Source: Octopus sinensis (lineage: Eukaryota). Taken from it: a DNA stretch of 64,000 nt. Positions 60,739-64,000 of this stretch are shown in pieces. The stretch lies in assembly GCF_006345805.1 (NCBI RefSeq), contig NC_043019.1, positions 26,287,360 to 26,351,359 of the forward strand. The letters run 5' to 3'. A program made the position numbers and the translations under genes. How positions within the stretch are numbered: the first letter of the stretch is position 1; each line of letters begins with the position of its first letter. The notes under the pieces are model-generated. The model was not told where the DNA came from. It did not search any database and worked only from the letters and a program-made list of their open reading frames with translations.

Positions 60739-61379
60739 ATGTGTATATATATCAGATGACTCTAGGTCATCAGCGTCACTTGGGCTAATCATAGATTTCA
60801 TATAAGAATACATTCCTGCTCGAAGAATTTCACTTTCCGCTTTATTTCTAGCCCTAAATGGGTTTTTTTTTCTATATCAAGCACTATGTCTTTCTCCATT
60901 TCTCAGTTAAGAGTAAAAATAAAGCAACCCTGCAAAACACAACCGATCTTTACACACAGGCGTTCAGAATACCAGCAATCAAATAACGACAGCGGAGTGC
61001 ACAACAAACATCAGCGATCTGACTCTCCTGTATTCTTGACAAGAGTTAGCTTTTTACACCAACCAGGCTCATTCGGATTAGTCCAAGTTGCTGGATAATT
61101 TTTCGTTCCTTTAAGAATATTGTCGAATGGAAACCTTTCATAGATTGGAATTTAAATCCTAATCTCTATAGAAATTTATTGTTTGAAGAAAACATTGAAT
61201 TTGAATTGCTTCAATTTTTACAATTATAAATAACATCTCTGGCTGTAACTTCTGAACCCGATTCAGGCGCGGGTGAACAATATCAAGAGAATGTCTGCTA
61301 CAAATGTCCGTCACACACAGAGAAAGATATCTGATGCCATTGCTGTCGGTTTTCTCAATATTTAAAAATTCCTCCTTAC

Positions 61380-61670
61380 CCATCATCATCATCGTTTAAC
61401 GTCCGTTCTCCATGCTAGCATGGGTTGGACGGTTCGACCGGGGATCTGGGAAGCCAGAAGGCTGCACCAGGCTTCGGTCTTATCTGGCAATGTTTCTACA
61501 GCTGGATGCCTTTCCTAACGCCAACCACTCTGTGAGTGTAGTGGGTGCTTTTTACGTGCCACCTGCACTGGTGCCAGGCGAGGCTGGCATCGGCCACGGT
61601 CGAACTGGTGCATTTTACGTGCCACCTGCACAGAAGCCAGTCGAGGCGGCACTGGCTTCAGCCATACCCA
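61380..61670. mobile_element. Family C repeat, young copy
   Basis: (CAT)n-CGTTTAACGTCCG...GGATGCCTTTCCTAACGCCAACC. Confidence 0.92.
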
Positions 61671-62209
61671 TGCATTAATATTTTATTTTAGGGTGATTTT
61701 CTTTTGTTTGGTTATTTTAGTCAGTGCCTGATCTGGTCCTCCCTGCTCTACAGTTGTGAAACACTGTCCTGCTCTACAGTTGTGAAACACGAACACTGTC
61801 TGGGGACCCTTAGGAGCTGTGGTGAACTTCTTTCGTCTCAGGACACTTTGCAGGATTATGGATTACCATCGGTTAGATTTCATATCCAACCAATGACTCT
61901 ACTCAGAAACTGGGATGTGTCCTGTTGCTTGTATAATTCAGGAGCGTCAACTCAGATTATTTGGCCCAGTTTTCCAAGTTAAACCCTGCTTACTGTGTTC
62001 TCTTCACTGAAGTTCCAGCTGGGTCAACGGCTTGTGTTGGTCAACCATATGTCACATGGTCACAGAAGATGAGGAGGCATCTTACAGAGACAGGGACTGA
62101 CTGGGATTCTGTTCAATGAGTTGCTTAGGAGGACCCTGGAATATATCAACAAATGATGAATGCAGCAGAGTGCTGCATGTCCTCACGCCTGATCTGATCT
62201 CATCTAATC

Positions 62210-62690
62210 ATCATCATCATCATCATTTAACGTCCGCTTTCCATACTAGCATGGGTTGGACGATTTGACTGAGGTCTGGCGAACCAGACTCCAATCTGAT
62301 CTGGCAGAGTTTCTACAGCTGGATGCCCTTCCTAATGCCAACCACTCTGAGAGTGTAGTGGGTGCTTTTACGTGCCACTGGCATGAGGGCCAGTTTGGTG
62401 GTGCTTTTTACGTGTCACCTGCACAGGAGTCAGTCCAGTGGCACTGGTGACGACCTCGCTCGAATATTTCACATGCCACCAGCACAAGTGCTGGTAAGGC
62501 GATGCAGTAACGATCACACTTGAATGGTGTGCTCAATGTGCCATCGGCACGGAGGCCAGCTTGTTGCTCTGGCAACAATCTCACTCATATGGTACTCTTA
62601 GCACTCCACTAGCAACGGATGCCAGTCACCGAATTTGATTTCGACTTTGATTTCACTTGCCTCAACTGGTCTTCGCAAGCAGAGTTTAGT
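62210..62690. mobile_element. Family C repeat with extended body
   Basis: (CAT)n head, GATGCCCTTCCTAATGCCAACC, GATTTCACTTGCCTCAACTGGTCTTCGCAAGC. Confidence 0.85.
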
Positions 62691-63007
62691 GTCCAAAGAA
62701 GAAAAGGCACATGTCTTATAAAAATGATCTTTGTCCTGACTAGCAGATGGTAGAGTTGGTGTACAGAGCCTTGGTAATATAATCCATTGTCTGTCTTCAA
62801 CAGGAATATGAAGTGGCATTAGCCACTCACCTATGTTCCCATCAGTTCAAATAGCAAGTCGTTCCTCACAACAAAGTCAATAATCCATGTTTGTGATGAC
62901 ATTGTGTCCTCACCCATTTATTAAGAGGACTTTTTTAAGTAGCCTAGTCTCACTGGTTGCAGTAATATCTATTGTAGCACCCAAGTTCATTGGCTTTATG
63001 ATTAAAC

Positions 63008-63215
63008 TTTTCACTACGGAAATCAGATTTGTCCTCTCAAAATTTTACCATTACTCTTTTACTGCAGAAATCAGATATATCCACCCCAAATTCCATTACC
63101 CTTTTACTGTGGAAAGTAGACATATCCACTCAAACTTCCATTTTCCTTTTACAGTGGCAATCAGATATATCCACTTAAAATTCCATTAGCCCTAACTGCA
63201 GAAAAGTAGTTTTAT
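63008..63215. repeat. 45-bp minisatellite, about 4.5 diverged units
   Basis: Units start at about 63008, 63057, 63102, 63147 and 63192; consensus TTTTACTG.GGAAATCAGATATATCCACTCAAAATTCCATTACCC. Confidence 0.9.
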
Positions 63216-63464
63216 AACCAAATCCATCTTTTGTTGAGGAATGTCCTGTTTAAAGCTATTTTTGGTTGAAATATGTCAAGTTTATTGAGTCCACGTGACT
63301 TGCAGGAAATACCAGTTCTATTTTCTTTTGGTAGATATTTAACATCATTACGGGAATAACCACGAGATTCAATGTTGCAATTAAAGGATTAATTATCCGT
63401 CAAATGTAAATAATGTACATAATTCCTCATCTCTTAAATATAGAACTGTAATATATATCATCTT

Positions 63465-63680
63465 CATCATCATCATTTAACGTTCGTTGTCCATGTTGGC
63501 ATAGGTTGGACAGTTTGACTGGGCTGGCACACTGGAAGGCTGTGCCAGGATCCAGTCTGATTTGGCATGATTTTCTATGGCTGGATGCCCTTCCTAATGC
63601 TGACCACTCTGGGAGTGTAATGGATGCTTTTACGTGCCACCAGTGTGAGTGCCATTTGCATGATACCAGTATCTGCCATG
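63465..63680. mobile_element. Family C repeat
   Basis: (CAT)n-TTAACGTTCG...GGATGCCCTTCCTAATGC. Confidence 0.85.
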
Positions 63681-64000
63681 CACATACTCACATACATATA
63701 TACAAGTCTTACTATATGTATGTTCTTGTAATGAAATAGTTATGTTTTAAGATGTGGTTCAAAAACACTGCATGCAAATGCAGAGAGAGAGAGAGCAAGA
63801 AAGAAAGAGAGGGAGGGAGAGAGGGAGAATAAAGAAATGAAATAGCTAAAGATTCTGAATTATCTTAATTGTCTCTCTAATGATCCAAAGGCTGCCATAA
63901 GTTCCATAGTAAATAGTGTATCCTCCCATATATCATCACTCTTTCCTAACCATGAAATCTTTAATCAAACTGCTAATTTCTGTAACAAAGCTTTAGTTTG

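Overview
AT-rich animal genomic DNA dominated by repeats. The tRNA-headed SINE families, TTAA MITEs, RTE/CR1/Tx1/Penelope remnants and abundant microsatellites look like an Octopus (coleoid cephalopod) genome; this is an inference from the repeat types. The only host coding sequence I can identify is the first coding exon of HUWE1 on the minus strand (5436-5392, MKIDRTKLKKSSTDV, then a phase-0 intron). The next HUWE1 coding exon appears to lie left of the window. Its probable promoter and non-coding exon 1 are about 32 kb upstream (about 37.4-37.7 kb), head-to-head with a plus-strand non-coding first exon ending at 38278. A second plus-strand promoter/first exon candidate sits at about 54.7-54.97 kb. 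Nearly all ORFs in the supplied track are artefacts of SINEs, microsatellites or antisense reading of decayed transposons. Most worth follow-up: (1) three Penelope-type minimal hammerhead ribozyme motifs, one with an intact core inside a 147-bp palindrome at 58.2 kb; (2) a uORF whose stop overlaps the HUWE1 start codon (ATGA); (3) two isolated RNA hairpins at 16.8 and 57.4 kb that could be miRNA precursors or ADAR substrates; (4) a recent 280-bp local templated insertion into an old RTE; (5) an inverted pair of Tx1 fragments centred on a hAT MITE. I found no evidence for a wholly new multi-gene system. Coordinates of degenerate repeats are approximate.
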